Assembly (NCBI GenBank): GCA_004431415.1
Contig: QPMI01000029.1
Location: 124,001 to 188,000 of the forward strand
Source: Cyanophora paradoxa CCMP329
Lineage: Eukaryota; Plantae; Glaucophyta
Reading direction: 5' to 3'
DNA: 64,000 bases
Part shown: positions 13,701-26,774 of the stretch, in pieces
Layout: each line of letters opens with the position of its first letter
How positions within the stretch are numbered: the first letter of the stretch is position 1
Notes under the pieces: generated by a model
The model's input: only the letters and a program-made list of their open reading frames with translations
Databases searched by the model: none
Told to the model about the DNA's origin: nothing
Translations under genes and position numbers: made by a program

Positions 13701-16700
13701 CCACTAGAAGACGAGCGCAGCTGCGAAGAGGGGGAGGGGGGGGGGGGCGGGAGGGGGGGCGGACCTCGCCGGCGGCCGGCCAGTCGGGGGGCAGCTCCGC
13801 CGCCTTCCCCGCCGCCCCCGCCGTACCCGCCGCCCCCTCCGCCGCCGCCCCCTCCGCTGCCGCCCCCTCCGGGGCGGGGGCGGGCGCGTCGGTCGCCTCG
13901 ACGGGGATGTCGGCCCCGTAGCGGTGCAGCGTCGACACCGACGGCGCCTGCGCGGCAGATGGGAGGCGGGGCGGGGCGCGTCAGATGGAAACCTTTACAA
14001 AGGTCTCTTGCACACGGTCCCCTTCAGCTACAAAGATGTTTTAAAGCGCTCTAAGCTTATATTTGACCCTTTCTATGATAAGCGACCAGGGCCGGGCGGG
14101 CGGGCGGGCGGGTGACCTGGGAGTCGATGTCGGCGCAGCCGCGGACCACCCACGTAAAGAAGACCAGCGCCTGCCCGGGGGGGAAGGCGGCTCAGCGTCG
14201 GGCGGCGGGCGGCGGGCGGCGAGGAAGTGATGGGGCCGAGAAGGCAGCACGATCATCGGGCAAGGTCGGGGAAAGTGCGGCGCGCGCGGGGCGATCGCGA
14301 GCTCTAAGAAGCTGGTACTACCGTAGGCGCACTTGGAGCGAATTGGAGATGGTGAGGCCGACGACGCGCGGCGGGTACACCTGCCCCCGCCCCGCCCGCC
14401 GGCGCAGTGAGCCCAGATGAAGAGAGAGAGCGGGGGGCAGCGGGCCGGGGCGGGCCTCTAGACGCCTCTAAATTTCGCTTAGGCGCCTGGCCTACGTCTG
14501 GAAGAGCGGGGCGGGCAGAGGCGGGGCGGGGCGGGGCGGGGCGCGCCCCGACGAGGGCGAGGCTAGGATCGCTAGAGGAGCGAGCTACATTTAGGCGGCA
14601 GCGCCCTCGGCGGGCGCCTACGTCTAGAAGGTGCCTAGCCTCTGTCTGCAAGGACGGGGCGGGGCGGGGCGGGGCGCCTGATATAATCTCGCGCCTAGAT
14701 CTCCTAGATAATCTAGATAATCTTCTAGTGGCGGGGCGGGGCGGGGCGGGGCGGGGCGGGGCGGGGCGGGCCTCGACGAGGGCGACGGCGAGGAGGGCGT
14801 TGCCGAGGATCAGCAGCGACCCCACAAAGTCCAGCCGCGCCTGCGGGCGAGAAGATGGGGGCGGAGACGGGTCAGACGGGCGGACGGACAGCCTCGGAGG
14901 GCCTCAGACGGGGCGGGTCTCGATCTAGATCTTAGGGCGGGGCCGGGACCGGGACCGGGCGGTTGAGGGACTGGGAGGGAGCCGGAGGGCGGGGCGGGCG
15001 AGCAGGGCGGGGCGGGGCGGGGCGGAGCGGTTAGGGGAAGAGAGGAAAGGCCATATGCATTCTTCAGACTGCGCGACTGGGGGAGGCGGGTCTTCTGGAG
15101 CTGGAGGGCGGAGCTCGGTGGGATGGGGCGGGTTCCGGACGGGAAGCCCGGGCGGGGAGGGCAGGACGGGGCGGGGCGAGGCAGGCGGGCGGGTTTAGAT
15201 CTTCGGCCAAGGCCCGGGCGCACGGCGAGCCAGACTTGGGCGTGGTCGAGGGAGAAGAGGCACGCGTGGCAGGCGTCCAGCAGCCGCTCGTGCTCCCGCT
15301 CGAACCGCCCCTGCGCGAGGCTCAGTGGGGCAGGCCAAAGGGGACCCGCGCCCCCTCGCCCATGGCTCAATAAAGAAGGCCAAAGGGGACCCGCGCCCCG
15401 GCCCCTCGTCCTTTGCCAAGGAGCTGAATTCTTCTCAGCCGCTTCTACGCAAGGGGCCGGAGCTAAGAACCCGGAGCTTGCTATAAAGCCAGAAGCGCCC
15501 CACCCCGCCCCTCACAAGGAGCATCCCGCTAAAAAGCTGGAATCTCGGGGGCACGGGGCGAGGCGGGGCGGGGGCGGACTTCGTCGCCAAAGGCAAGTAT
15601 CTAGTCTAGGGGTCTCGATCTCTTAGAAGAATCTAGCTAAGGAGCTGGAATAAGGAGCTCGATCTCTCGATCTCTTAGAGAAATCGACCTAAGGAGCTGG
15701 AATAAGGAGCTAAGGAGCGGGCGGCCGCGGACGGCGCTCTAAAGCCCTATGATAAAGCCGTTCAGAGGCCGCCCCGGGGCCGGGGCCAGGGCCGGGGCCA
15801 GGGCTTAGCATCTAGCAATATTAATCTCGTGGCTATAGCGAGATTTCGGACCTCGTCACCGAAGGCGCGGACGACGGGGACGCCGACCGTCGCCTCGCTC
15901 AGCATCGAGAGCGCCCGCCCGCTCGCCTCCCCTGCCGGGGCCAAGCGAGTTAGCTTGGTTTTTAGAGGATGGTCGGTTTGGATGAAGTCTGCCAATCTTA
16001 TACGATAGTCGGTCTATATAGCTAGATGACGTCGGTAAGAGCCAAGTAAGATTAGTTCTCACTCTTAGATGACAGCCCAGCTTCTGGCCGGCTACTCCTC
16101 TATTCAACAAGTTAGTTCTCAATCCACCGCGCACCGGCGAGGGTCTTGAGGGAGCGGCCGGCGGGGAGGTAGACCCGCAGGTACAGCGCGAAGGCTGCCG
16201 GCGGGACGCGGCGTTAGCGTTAATACGTGTTGGGGTGTGGATTATAAATTAATCTCAGAAACGATGTAGATGCGCATTATATGCAATAAACAAGAGGGCG
16301 GAGTCGGCGTCGGACCGAGGAGAAGGGCGGCGGCAGCAGAATGAGAATGGGAACTAGAACGGCTTTGTGGATTCAGATTCTCAGGACGTCAAGTGTTATT
16401 GTGAGGACGGCAGCGGAATGAAAATGGGAACTAACCCCCTGTGCTAGAAGCGAGTTTCTAGACGATAGAACGGCGGACCGAGGAGGAGGGCGGCGGCGAC
16501 GGCGGCGAAGTAGGGGAGGACGGCCGCCGAGAGCGCCAGCGTCGTGAACAGGATCATCAGGTACCTGTTGGAGAAAAGGATCAAGGAAAGGAAGGCAAAG
16601 GGGGATGGCTGGGAAGTAGACAGCGGAGGGAGAGGCGGGGGGTGGGTGGGGGTGGAGGTGGGGTTGGATGACGAGGGCGGGGGGTTGGGACAGAGGCGGA

Positions 16701-19700
16701 AGCTCTTGGAGAGAGACGTTTCGGAATCCAAGAAAGAGAGAGGGACGCAAGCTCTGGCCTCGAGCTGGGGCCGGGCCGGGGCGCCACGGGGCTGGGGCCG
16801 GGCGGAAGCTCTTAGAGGCGGGAGCGAAGGCGGAAGGCAAAGGCGGGAGACAGAGGCGGGAGGGCGTAGGGGGAGGCGGGGGCGCCGGGGGTGCCTAGAA
16901 AGAAGAGGGCGGGCGGGAGATCTAGAGCGGATACTAGTACGAATGGAAACAGCCGGGGTAGGCAGAGGTGAGACAGAGGCGAAGGCTTTGGCGGCAGGGG
17001 GCGCCGGGGGCGCCGGGGGCGCACACGACGGTGATGTGGAACGAGTCCGGCAGCGTCTCGTCCACCTGCCCCCGCCCCCCCGCCCCCGCCGTTATCATCA
17101 GCGACCGTGAACGCAGAGGCTCGGGTAGCTAGAGCCGACTAGAACCGTAACGCTGCCGCCCTCCGGGCTAGGGCTAGGGCATCTAGAACTGGGGGCCGGG
17201 GCGGGGCGGGGCGGCGCCTGGTCCTGGGCGCCGGCGAAGCAGTGGAGGATGTCGCCGAGGGGCGTCGTCGTGAAGTACCCGTACGGCGCCCGCAGCACAC
17301 GCTGCCGCCCCGCCGAGCCACTCAGCGGGGTCTCTTACTTCACGTCTATATATTCGTACTTTATGTCTAGATTATTGCTTCCTAGTCTCCGTGACTGCGA
17401 CCATCGCGAGGGGCGCAGGGTACGGGGCGGGGCGCGGACGTGGAGGGCGGCGCGGTGGAGGCGGCGGGCGGCGCGGAGGGCCGTCCGGTAGAAGAGGAGG
17501 CCGCGCAGCAGCAGGAAGGACCCGAACGCCACCGTGAAGCCAGCCTGCGCTCGATCGCCCGCGAGTTAGATATCCCGATATCGTTTTAGATATATTGCCT
17601 TGTTCTTGTCCTCGCTAGGATCTCTATGATCTCTAGGATTCGAGAACGTTTCACGTTAACGTTGTTTCACTCCTGTCTGCTCATCGCCTTCTGTACATGT
17701 CTCTCTCTTCATAGAGATCGCAGCGGGATCGTCGCTCTCGCTCAGTTCGTCTGTTTGGACGGGAGGACCGGGCGCCCGGACCTCAACGAGGGCGTAGGGG
17801 GAGTTGTCGGCGGCGCTCGAGATGGGCCAGACCAGGCGCCCCGTCCACACCGAGATCCAGCTGAGGGAGGAGGTGGAGGAGGCGGTGGAACGTGAGCGCG
17901 GGGCGGGGCGGAGAGAGGGCGCACTAGTCGTTGCCGATGCGCGTGCACTGCAAAACGTGATTCAAGCGTCAGAGGCGTGGCAAACGAGAAGCGAAAAGCG
18001 AGGACATAGTGGAAAGAGAGAGGCCGAGCCCCGGGCCCGCACCTGGGCCAGGACGTGCCCCATGACCGCGAAGAACGAGAGCACGTACCCCGCGCTCTTC
18101 GCCCAGATCTGAGCGCGCCATGCCAGATCGGATCAGATGAGATCAAATCATATCATATCGAATCGTTTCAGAAGGAGCGGCCGGACGCGCCTTGTAGGAG
18201 GCCCAGCCGCGGCCGCTGCCGACTGCGGTGCCGTTGTGCGCCGGCGCCGGCGCCCCCTCCGCCCCCTCCGCCCCCTCCGTCCTCAGGCTGCCCCCCGCGC
18301 TGCCGCCGCTGCCGCTGCCGCCGCTGCTGCCGCTGCTGCTTGCCGCTACGTTGGAGGCCGCCCCCACCCCGCCCTCGCCGACGACCGGGCGCTGAAAGGG
18401 CGTCGTCAAAGTCTGAGCGGAGAGGGCGCATCTTCTAACTTAACAGAAGAGAAAGGCGAACCGAGGCGCCGAGGTGGTGGTGGTGGAGGGGTACGTCCAC
18501 GAAGATCCCGTCGCCGTTACCCCCGCCTCCGCCGCCGCCGCCGCCCCCTCCGCCGTTGGCGTGGGCGCCTATAGCAAAGATCCCGTCGCCGTTCCCCCCG
18601 CCCCCTCCTCCGCTGTGGGCGTGTGGGCCTACAGCTACGCGCTCCTCGTCGTCGGGGTCGACCTGAGGAACCGAACCATAACGCGTTCGCAGTGAGCGGC
18701 GAACAAAGAGAAGCGTGCAAGAAGCACGAATCGGACGACCTTCTGGAACGGGAAACGTACTAAACCGTTCTAGAGTACACGTTCTAGACCGTTCTAGAAA
18801 AAGAGGAAGAGGGGGCCGGGGAAACGAGGGCAAAAGCGACGGACCGCCTCGAGGGGGGGCAGGAGCTCGGGCAGGTGCCGCCGCTCATTTAGATAAGAGA
18901 TTAGAGGAATTGATTAATAGAATAGGCTCGTCGTCTGGGCAATTAGACATGCTAGACGTTTAAAAGTACAGGTTTTAAGGCCTTCTCTTCGAGGAAGCGA
19001 GGGCGAGAGCAACGCGGGCGGACCGCCTCGAGGGGGGGCAGGAGCTCGGGCAGGTACTGCCGCGACGCCGGCGCCGCCGGCAGCTCCTCCCCCGACACCT
19101 GCGCCCAGCGGCCCGGCCCGTGAGCCGGAAGGATGGACGATCTAGCTAAGGCTTTGAGCTTGTCAGCGGCGGCTACAAGCTGAAGGGGCCAAGCTCAAAG
19201 CATGCAGATGGGGCATTATCTCTGGGATCGGGAGTGGACGGTCTAGTGAAGGCCTTGAGCTTGTCAGCGGCGGCTGCAAGGGGTCGAGCTTAAAGCCTGT
19301 AGATAGGGCACTATCGCTGGGGCGGGGGCCCCTTGTAAATGAGCGGCAAGCTGCAGTCTCGGCTTCCGATCTAGTGCCGCCCGGTCTATGGCCTTTCATG
19401 GCTTTCAATCTGACTCTGAATCGCTGGTGGCGGGGGCCGGGGGCCGGACCATGAGGGGCTCGACGTGGGGCCGGAGGGCGGCGGCGTCGTAGCCCCCGAA
19501 GTAGGCGAGGCGCCCGCCGGCGACCACGCCGCACACGTCCGCGTGCGCCAGCAGCTGCACCTGCGGGGGCGGGGGCGCGGGGCGGGGCGTGAGGGGGGCG
19601 CGAGGAGGGGGAGGAGGGGGCCGCGGCCCCTAGAAGGGGCTAAGAGGCTAAGAGGCTACGGCCTCGTTTCCCGAAGCATCCCCGCCCCGGCCCCCTCCGA

Positions 19701-21072
19701 ACGCTCCCAGCGCCCCGGCCGCGCCGCGCCTTGTGGGTGGTCATGAGGATGGTCTTGGCGCCCAGGAGCCCCCGGATGCAGTGCTGCGCCCCGAAGAGAC
19801 ACGGAAAGCAGCCAGAGACGAGTCAAGAGGCGGGGGCGAGCTCGAGAGAGGGGGGCGGGGAGGGGCGAGCCCGGAAGATGTGGTTGGAGGTGTGCTGGTC
19901 CACCGCGCTGCGGAACAAGCCGCGACGATCAGGCACGTTTCCAGGCGTGAGAAGCCCGGCCCGGCCCAGGGCTCTAGCCGGCGGCGGGCCAGCTAGGTCT
20001 AAAGCCAAAGGCTAGGGCCTTCTATCTACAGCCGGGGAGGGGTGGGGGGGGGGGGGGGGGGGAGCGGAGGCACCTGAGGGGGGCGTCGAGGACGTAGGTG
20101 TCGGCGTCGGCGTAGGCAGCACGCGCCAGCGAGACCCGCTGCGACCGAAAGCCGCTTAGACTCGTAGGGTAGGGTAGGGAGGCAGGGCGGGCCCGCGGGG
20201 AGGGGCGGAGGGGGGCGGGGGCGGGTCCTGACCTGTCGCTGGCCCCCGCTGAGGTTGGCCCCGCGCTCCGCCAGCACGCTCTCGTCCCCTGTCCCCCGGC
20301 CCGGGCCCCCGCGTGAGGCGCAGGCAACGAATGTGACGGCCCCAGCTCTAGCGCCGCCCGAGGCACCAAGGGGCTTTAATAAAAAGTTGAAGCTGGAATA
20401 GAATACTCGAGGCGGCGCACCGTGGGGGAGCATGAGGAGGTCGGGCTCGAGGGCGCAGGCGGCGAGGACGGCGGCGTAGCGGGCGGCGTCGAAGGGCCGC
20501 CCGAAGAGAACGTTCTCCCGCACCGTCGCGCTCTGGGGGGGGGGGGAGGGAGGGGAGGGGGAGGGGGGGGGGCGGAGAAGGGACAGTAAGAGGCAGTAAG
20601 GCAGGCAGTTGAAGAGATTTAGTTGAAGAGAGAGGCAGTAAGAGGCGGGGGGCGCCCCGGACGCCTGGGCCGGGATCTATCTATATAGGATCTAGCCCGT
20701 CCAAGCCGGGGTTCGATCGCGAGGGCACCTGGATCCAGGTCTGCTGGGGCACGTACGCCACGGAGCCCCCGACCCCCACGCTCCCTGCGGGGCCCCCGGC
20801 GCCAGCGCCGGTGAGGGGCGAGCGGCGGTGCCGCAGCCGGGCGAGAAAGGCGCGGAAACGGGCAAGGCTTAAGAGGAGGAGCTTAGGAACAGAAAGAAGA
20901 GATCTAACAGATGTAAGAGGAGCTTAGGAACAGAAAGAAGAGATCTCATAGATGTAGAGATCAAGAAGCGAAGAAGCGAGGGCTGGGCGAGACTCAAGCC
21001 CCGTGCGCGCCTCTGGGGACGCGGGCCTGCCCGAGGAACGCGTTCAGCAGCGTCGTCTTCCCCGACCTGCGG

Positions 21073-21107
<35 letters not shown>

Positions 21108-22612
21108 CGGGGGGCCAAGTCAGGGGGGCGGGGGGAGGGGAGGGGGGCGGGGGGGAGGGGAGGGAGGGGGCGGGGAGGCGGGGGCGAAGGGAGGGGAGAG
21201 GGGAGTCAGGGGGGCAAGGGGGGGGGGGGGCGGGGGGGGAGGAGGGAGGGGAGGGAGGGGAGGGAGGCGGGGCCAAGTCAGGGGGGCGGAGGGGCGGGGA
21301 GGAGGGAGGGGAGGGGAGGAGGGAGGGGAGGCGCGCCCGACGGTGCCCGTGAGCATGAGGAGGCGCCCGGGGGAGACCTGCCGCGGCCGGCGGCGGTCAG
21401 GTGGGGAGGAGGGGTACGTTGAAGCCGTATTAGAAAGGGACGGGGAGGCCTCCCCGTTGCTTGGATCAGATCAGATGGATCGGATTTAGAGGGGAGAGAG
21501 GCGGGAGAGAGGGGAGGGGGGGCGGGGGCGGTCAGGTGGGGAGGGGGGAGCGCGGCGAGGCCTTCTTTCATGTACGCTTTCGATTTCAAAAACGAATTGG
21601 ATTTAGAGAGTGTTTACTTATATCTACTAAGCGCGAAAGGACGCTCGAAAGGGGCGGGAAGGGGGAGAAAGGGGAGGGGGGGGGGTACCTCGAGGTCGAC
21701 GCCGGAGAGGACGGGGGCGGCCCCGCGTCCGTACCCCACGTCCGCCTCCCGCTGCGGGCGCGCGCACGAAGCGCGCGGGTGAGGACGCTCTAAGCTCTCT
21801 TGCATTTCTATGAGCGCTCCGAGCTCTCTAGTGCTCTCTATTTCTTCTTCTTCTCCTTCGGGGGGGGGGCGGGAGGGGCGGGCGGACGAGGAGGAGGCCC
21901 GGGCGGGGCAGTCGGGGCACGGGGGCGGCCTCGGCGCGCAGGAGGAAGCGCTCCAGCCGCCGGCACGCCGAGATCGACTCTGCAAGGGGGGGCCGCCTGG
22001 TGAGCTCGGACTCCTTTGAGAATGCTTTCTCTGCCTTCTGCTTTCAAGACTCCAGATCTAGGAGACGGGGAAGGAGGGAAGGGGGACGGAAGCGCGCGGG
22101 GCCCCGCGGCTGCGGGGGGAGGGGCGGGGAGGGGCGGGGCGGGGCGGGGCGGGGCGCACCGGAGAAGTTCTTGAGGGCCTTGGGGAGGACGACGAGGGGG
22201 AACCGCAGCGTGTTCTGCGGCGGGGATCGAGTGAGCGGGCGCCCGGGGTGAGGCGCGGGGCCGGAGCCGGGGTGAGGATCGAGCCAGGCTCTAGATCCAG
22301 ACAGCCTCGACGTCCAGCATCGAGAGATAGATTCTTCGTATGATTCTTCGGGCGGGGAAGGGCGCTCTAGATCAAATGTAGACAGCCCAGACGTTCTTGT
22401 GTCTAGATCCGCGACTTGCGCGGGGGCGGGGCCGGGGGCCGGGGCCGGGGCCGGGGCGGACGAAGAGGGAGAGGGTGGTGAAGGCGAGGGAGGCGTCAAG
22501 GGCGCCGGCCCCGGGCACCCCGAGCCCCAGCGGGTCCGTCCACCTAGGGCCGCGCGCGCGCGTCAGGCCGGAGCTCGAGGAGCTCGAGAGGGCGGGGCGG
22601 GTGGGGGAGGGG

Positions 22613-22643
<31 letters not shown>

Positions 22644-25600
22644 CCAAAGAAGCTTCGCTTCGTCTATGCGCAGGGAGCGGGGCGGGACGTGTCCGGGGCG
22701 GGGCGGGCGGGCGGGGCGGGGCGGAGCCCGGGCGGAGCTCTAGAATTCGAAGCTTCTTCTATGCGCGGGGGGCGAGGAGAAAGGAGAAGAGAAGCGGGCA
22801 GAGAGGGCGTCGAATCTTCCTTCTAAAGTGGGAGCAGCAGCAGCGGGGCGGGGCGGGGCGGGGCTGAAGGGGGCGGGGCGGGGCGGGGCGGGGCGGGGCG
22901 GGGCAAAGCCAGGGCAGATCGATATCGGAGCCAGGGCCGGGCGGGGCGGAGCCGCGGCGTGCTGCGCGGAGGGCGGGGCGGGGCGGGGGGTACATGGAGA
23001 AGATGAGGACGGCCATGAGGGGCGGGATCAGGAAGACGATCGCCAGCGACACGCTGCGCCCCGCGCCCCGCTCAGCTCCGGCGGCGGCACAGAGGGCGCC
23101 CGGGCCCCCGGCATGATCTAAATAGGTCGGCGCCGGCTCTAGACCAGCGTCGCGCGGGCCCTATCTATCCTCAATGGGGGGGCTTTGCCTCTTGAGGACG
23201 TCGGAGCGCCAGAGGAGGGCGAGCTCCGCCCCCCGCTCCTCCAGCACCTGCGGGGGGGTACGAAAGGTGAGAATGGGAGGGAGGGGGGGGGAGGAGAGCG
23301 GGGGGGGGGGGGGGGAGGAGGAGGAGGAAGAAGAGGAACGAAGACGAGCGGGGTCCGGAGCGGGGCCGGGGCCGGAGCCGGGGCTGGGCCGGGGCCGGGG
23401 GGAGAGCGGGGGGTCGAGTCGAATCGAGAGGGGGCGGCCTGCGCGCGCCGGCCGGAGGCCGGCCCGCAGCTGTCTCTCTCAGGGGGCACGGAAGGCGAAG
23501 TCGAGGGGGAGGGGGAGAGGCAGGGAGGGGTTGGGGGGGGGGGGGGGGGGGGGGGGACGGCCCTAGATCCTAGGGGAGGAAAGAGGGGGAGGGGGGTAAA
23601 CTGGGGCCGGGGGCCGCGCGCCCTGCGCTCGAAGAAGGCCTCCCAGCAGTAGAGCTTCACCAGCTTCATCGCTGCCGAGTGGGCCGGCGCGTGAGGCCGG
23701 GTTCGGAGGGAGGGGCGAGGGGAGTGTCTCTGGATCGTTAAGGCCCGGCGCGGCGTCTTCTTGGAGAGGCGGCGCTGGGGCTTCGGGGGGCGCACCCATG
23801 ACGACCTCGTTCACGATCTGCACGCTGCGCGCCCGCCCGTCCGTCAGCCGCGGGCAGAGCGGAGGCGGAGGTAGAGGGAGGAGGGAGGGAGGGCGTGGGG
23901 CGGAGGCGGACCGGTGGTCGGTGTGGGTGACGGTGCGCTTCCGCAGCAGCGCCGTCCGCTTCCCGATAAAGAACTGCGGGGCGCGAAGGCGGGGGCGGGG
24001 GCGGGGGCGGGGGCGGGGCGGGAAAGGTCGGAAGAGTAAATGAAGGGAATGCGACCGGCTGCGGGGCGGGAGGAGGGGTGGGGGCGGTGGCCCCACCTGG
24101 ATGGGGATGGCGAGGAGTAGGACGCCGACGCCGGGGAGCACCGCGAGCCGCAGCACCGTCGCCAGGCACACGCAGATCGCTGGGGGGGTGGAGGGGGGCA
24201 CGGCTCTAGATCCAGAGGCGATCCGGGCGGGGCGGGGGCGGGGGCGCACCGATGGCCTCGACGGGGCCCGACCAGAGGTAGTGCAGCGTCGTGCAGGCCT
24301 GCGGCGAGGCCAAGGCGTCAGCGGGGGGGCACGGCTGCGTCGCGTCGGGAGTTCCCGCGGCCGGGCGCGCCGCAGCTAGAGGGTTCGCTCTGGGCGGGGG
24401 GCCGGGACCGGGGGGGGGGGGGAGGGGCGGGGGGGGGGTATCGGACCTCCTGGAGCTTGGCGCAGTCGACGGCGGCGAGGGCCACCACGTCCCCCGTCGG
24501 AAGCTGTACGTGTACCCCCAGTGGCCCCCGGCCCCGCCCAGGGTCAGGCCCGGCGCCAGCCCGCGCCGGGCAGGGGGGGGGGGGGGGGGGGGGGGGGGTG
24601 GGGAGGGGGAAGGCGGCGAAGCCTTTAGGCTGGGGACCGAGGGACCGGGGGCCGTGGGGTACGGGGGCGGCCGGGGGCCGGGGGGGGGTACGGGGCCGCA
24701 CGGAGAGGTCCTCGAGGCGCATCGCCTTCCGGAAGACCGCCGAGAGCAGCGCCGCCCTCACCTGAGCGGCGGCGAAGGGGCGGGGCGAGATTAAATATTC
24801 GACCCGGGGCGAGCCGGGCGGGGGATGGATCCGAACTAGCTATAAATAGATTACCTTGAGCCCGAGGCGCGCGGAGCGGGCCGTCATCTGAGGGCGGTGG
24901 GGAGGGCGAAGCTCAGGTGAGTTCGAGCTCAGAAGCGAAGCCCGAGGCAACGAAGCGGGCGGGCGCGCACCTGCTGCATCGCGACCGAGAGCAGCCTGCG
25001 GGCCGAAAGGAGGAGATTCGGGATCGAATTCTCGACATTAGAGAGGGTGGGGGAAGCGCCGGGGCGCGCCAGCAGTCGAGGAAGAAGCAGACGGCGAGGA
25101 TCCATCCCTTGGCCACGTCGGGCGTGCGGCCCGCCGCCTTGTCCGCCTCGTACGCTGCGAAGAAGCGAAGGGGAGGGCTTAGAACCGAAAGGAAGGAAAT
25201 CCAGAAGGGATGGTGCGTGGCGAGCGGGCTCGCCTTGGGCCCAGACGAGGATCTCGCGAACGAAGTAGAAGGCCGCGAGAACGATGAGGACCGACCAGAG
25301 GCCCTTCCAGAGCTGCGAACGAAATGTTAGCGGATCAAATTCAGATTCGATCCGGATCGAATTCGAGGCGCGCGCGCACCCCGGCGCGGATGAACTCGCG
25401 GAGGAAGCAGCGCGAAAGCGCGCGGGGCAGGCTCGGGCCCTGAGGAAAGCCGATCAGAGTTCGAGAGAAAGAGCGCGGGCCGCCCTGCGCACCGCCCCGT
25501 GCACGTGGTCGGCTCCGGGCGAGTCGGCGGGCTTGAGCTTCCCCGCCTCGCGAGACCACTCCTGCTGGAACCGCTCCGTGCAGCGCTTCGCGGTGAGGTT

Positions 25601-26427
25601 GCTCGGGAGCGCCAGGTCGCTCTCCCCGAGCGCCCCCTTCCGCGCTTTCGCGACCTGCGGCGCCGGCGCGCGCGCGAACGCTCATGATCAGCCAAGGCGC
25701 GCGCGGCCGCGCGCGCGAAGGAAGGGACGGCGGGGCGCACAAGCGGGCTCAGCCTGCGGCGCGAGGGAGTCAGAGAGACCAGGTGGCGAGATCGCGAAGG
25801 CCTGGGGCGGGCGGACCAGCTGTAGGTGAAGAGGCGAGAGAGCCAGCCGGCCTTCTCGAAGCTTGTTGCTCGCGCGCGGGGCCTGCGCCGGCGCGCGCTG
25901 CGCTTCTTCTTCTCGCCGTTGGCGACCGAAGCGGCCGAGCTGGAGGAGGCGGGGCTGTCCAGCGGCACGACGACGGCGGGGCCGCGCGGCGGGGTCGCGG
26001 GGGGCGCCGCAGCGCTCGCCAGCGGAGCGGCGGGATTAGAAGCGGCGCCATCGCGTACAAAGCGCGCGACAGCGTGCTCGCGATCAACAGGGGAAGCGCC
26101 GGCGCGCGACGGGTCGGGTCCGCGCTGCGGCTGCCGCTGGGAAGCCGAGCTCGACGGGCGCTCCACGCGCGCGAACGAGCTCCGCCGCACGCCATCGATG
26201 CCCGCGTGCGCCTGCAGATGCGCTGGGCCCAGGCCCGCGAGAGACGATGAAAAGCTGAACGACGATGCAGTCGGATCTCCGCTGCTCTGCGCGCCCGCGG
26301 GCGCAACAGAGCGGGCCGCAATCGGGGTTCGATGTGTTGCGGGAAGCGCGCCCGCTGGAATGGGGAGCGCGGGCTCGCCGGCGAACGCGGGCGGGCCCGG
26401 GCCAGCGAGATCGCCGCTGTCGGCCAT
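10795..26427 (-). CDS. ABC transporter, subfamily C (MRP-like), TMD1-NBD1-TMD2-NBD2, dozens of short exons; possible extra C-terminal exons down to ~9,180
   Basis: Lasso-like FEKAGWLSRLF. TMD1 KLVKLYCWEAFF. NBD1 GKTTLLNAFLGQ, VAYVPQQTWIQ, TVRENVLFG, GANLSGGQRQRVSLARAAY, SAVDQH. TMD2 LRAPYGYFTTTPLG, ATVGVPVVRAF. NBD2 GVVGRTGSGKSTLL, IAIIPQEPVMFRGTVRSNLDP, NWSLGMKQLLCLGR, LVLDEATAAVD, IAHRLDTIIHSDRIL, EYDSPARLL. Confidence 0.93.
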
Positions 26428-26774
26428 CGGGCGCACCTGCGCTCACGTACGCGTACACAAGTGAAGGCGCGTGGCTCCTGCTCCTCGCGGCGAGAAGCTG
26501 CGCACCGAATCCGCCGAATCTCGGGCTCGCGATGGACTCGAAAGTCGCGGGCTTCGAGAGGTCCTGGTTCCACTTTCCGAGAGAGGTCACTCGAGCGACG
26601 GCGGCCGCGATCTGGCGAGCTCTCGGCTCCAGACAGTCCAATCTGCGATCAGCGGCGCGCGCGTACGCAAACACACCGGTCAGAAGCGCGGATGCCCTCG
26701 CCGGCTTTCCCTTTGCGCCCCGCGTGCTCCGGCGGGGCGCTCCCGTCCCGAGCGCTTCTTTTATCGCCTCTCGA

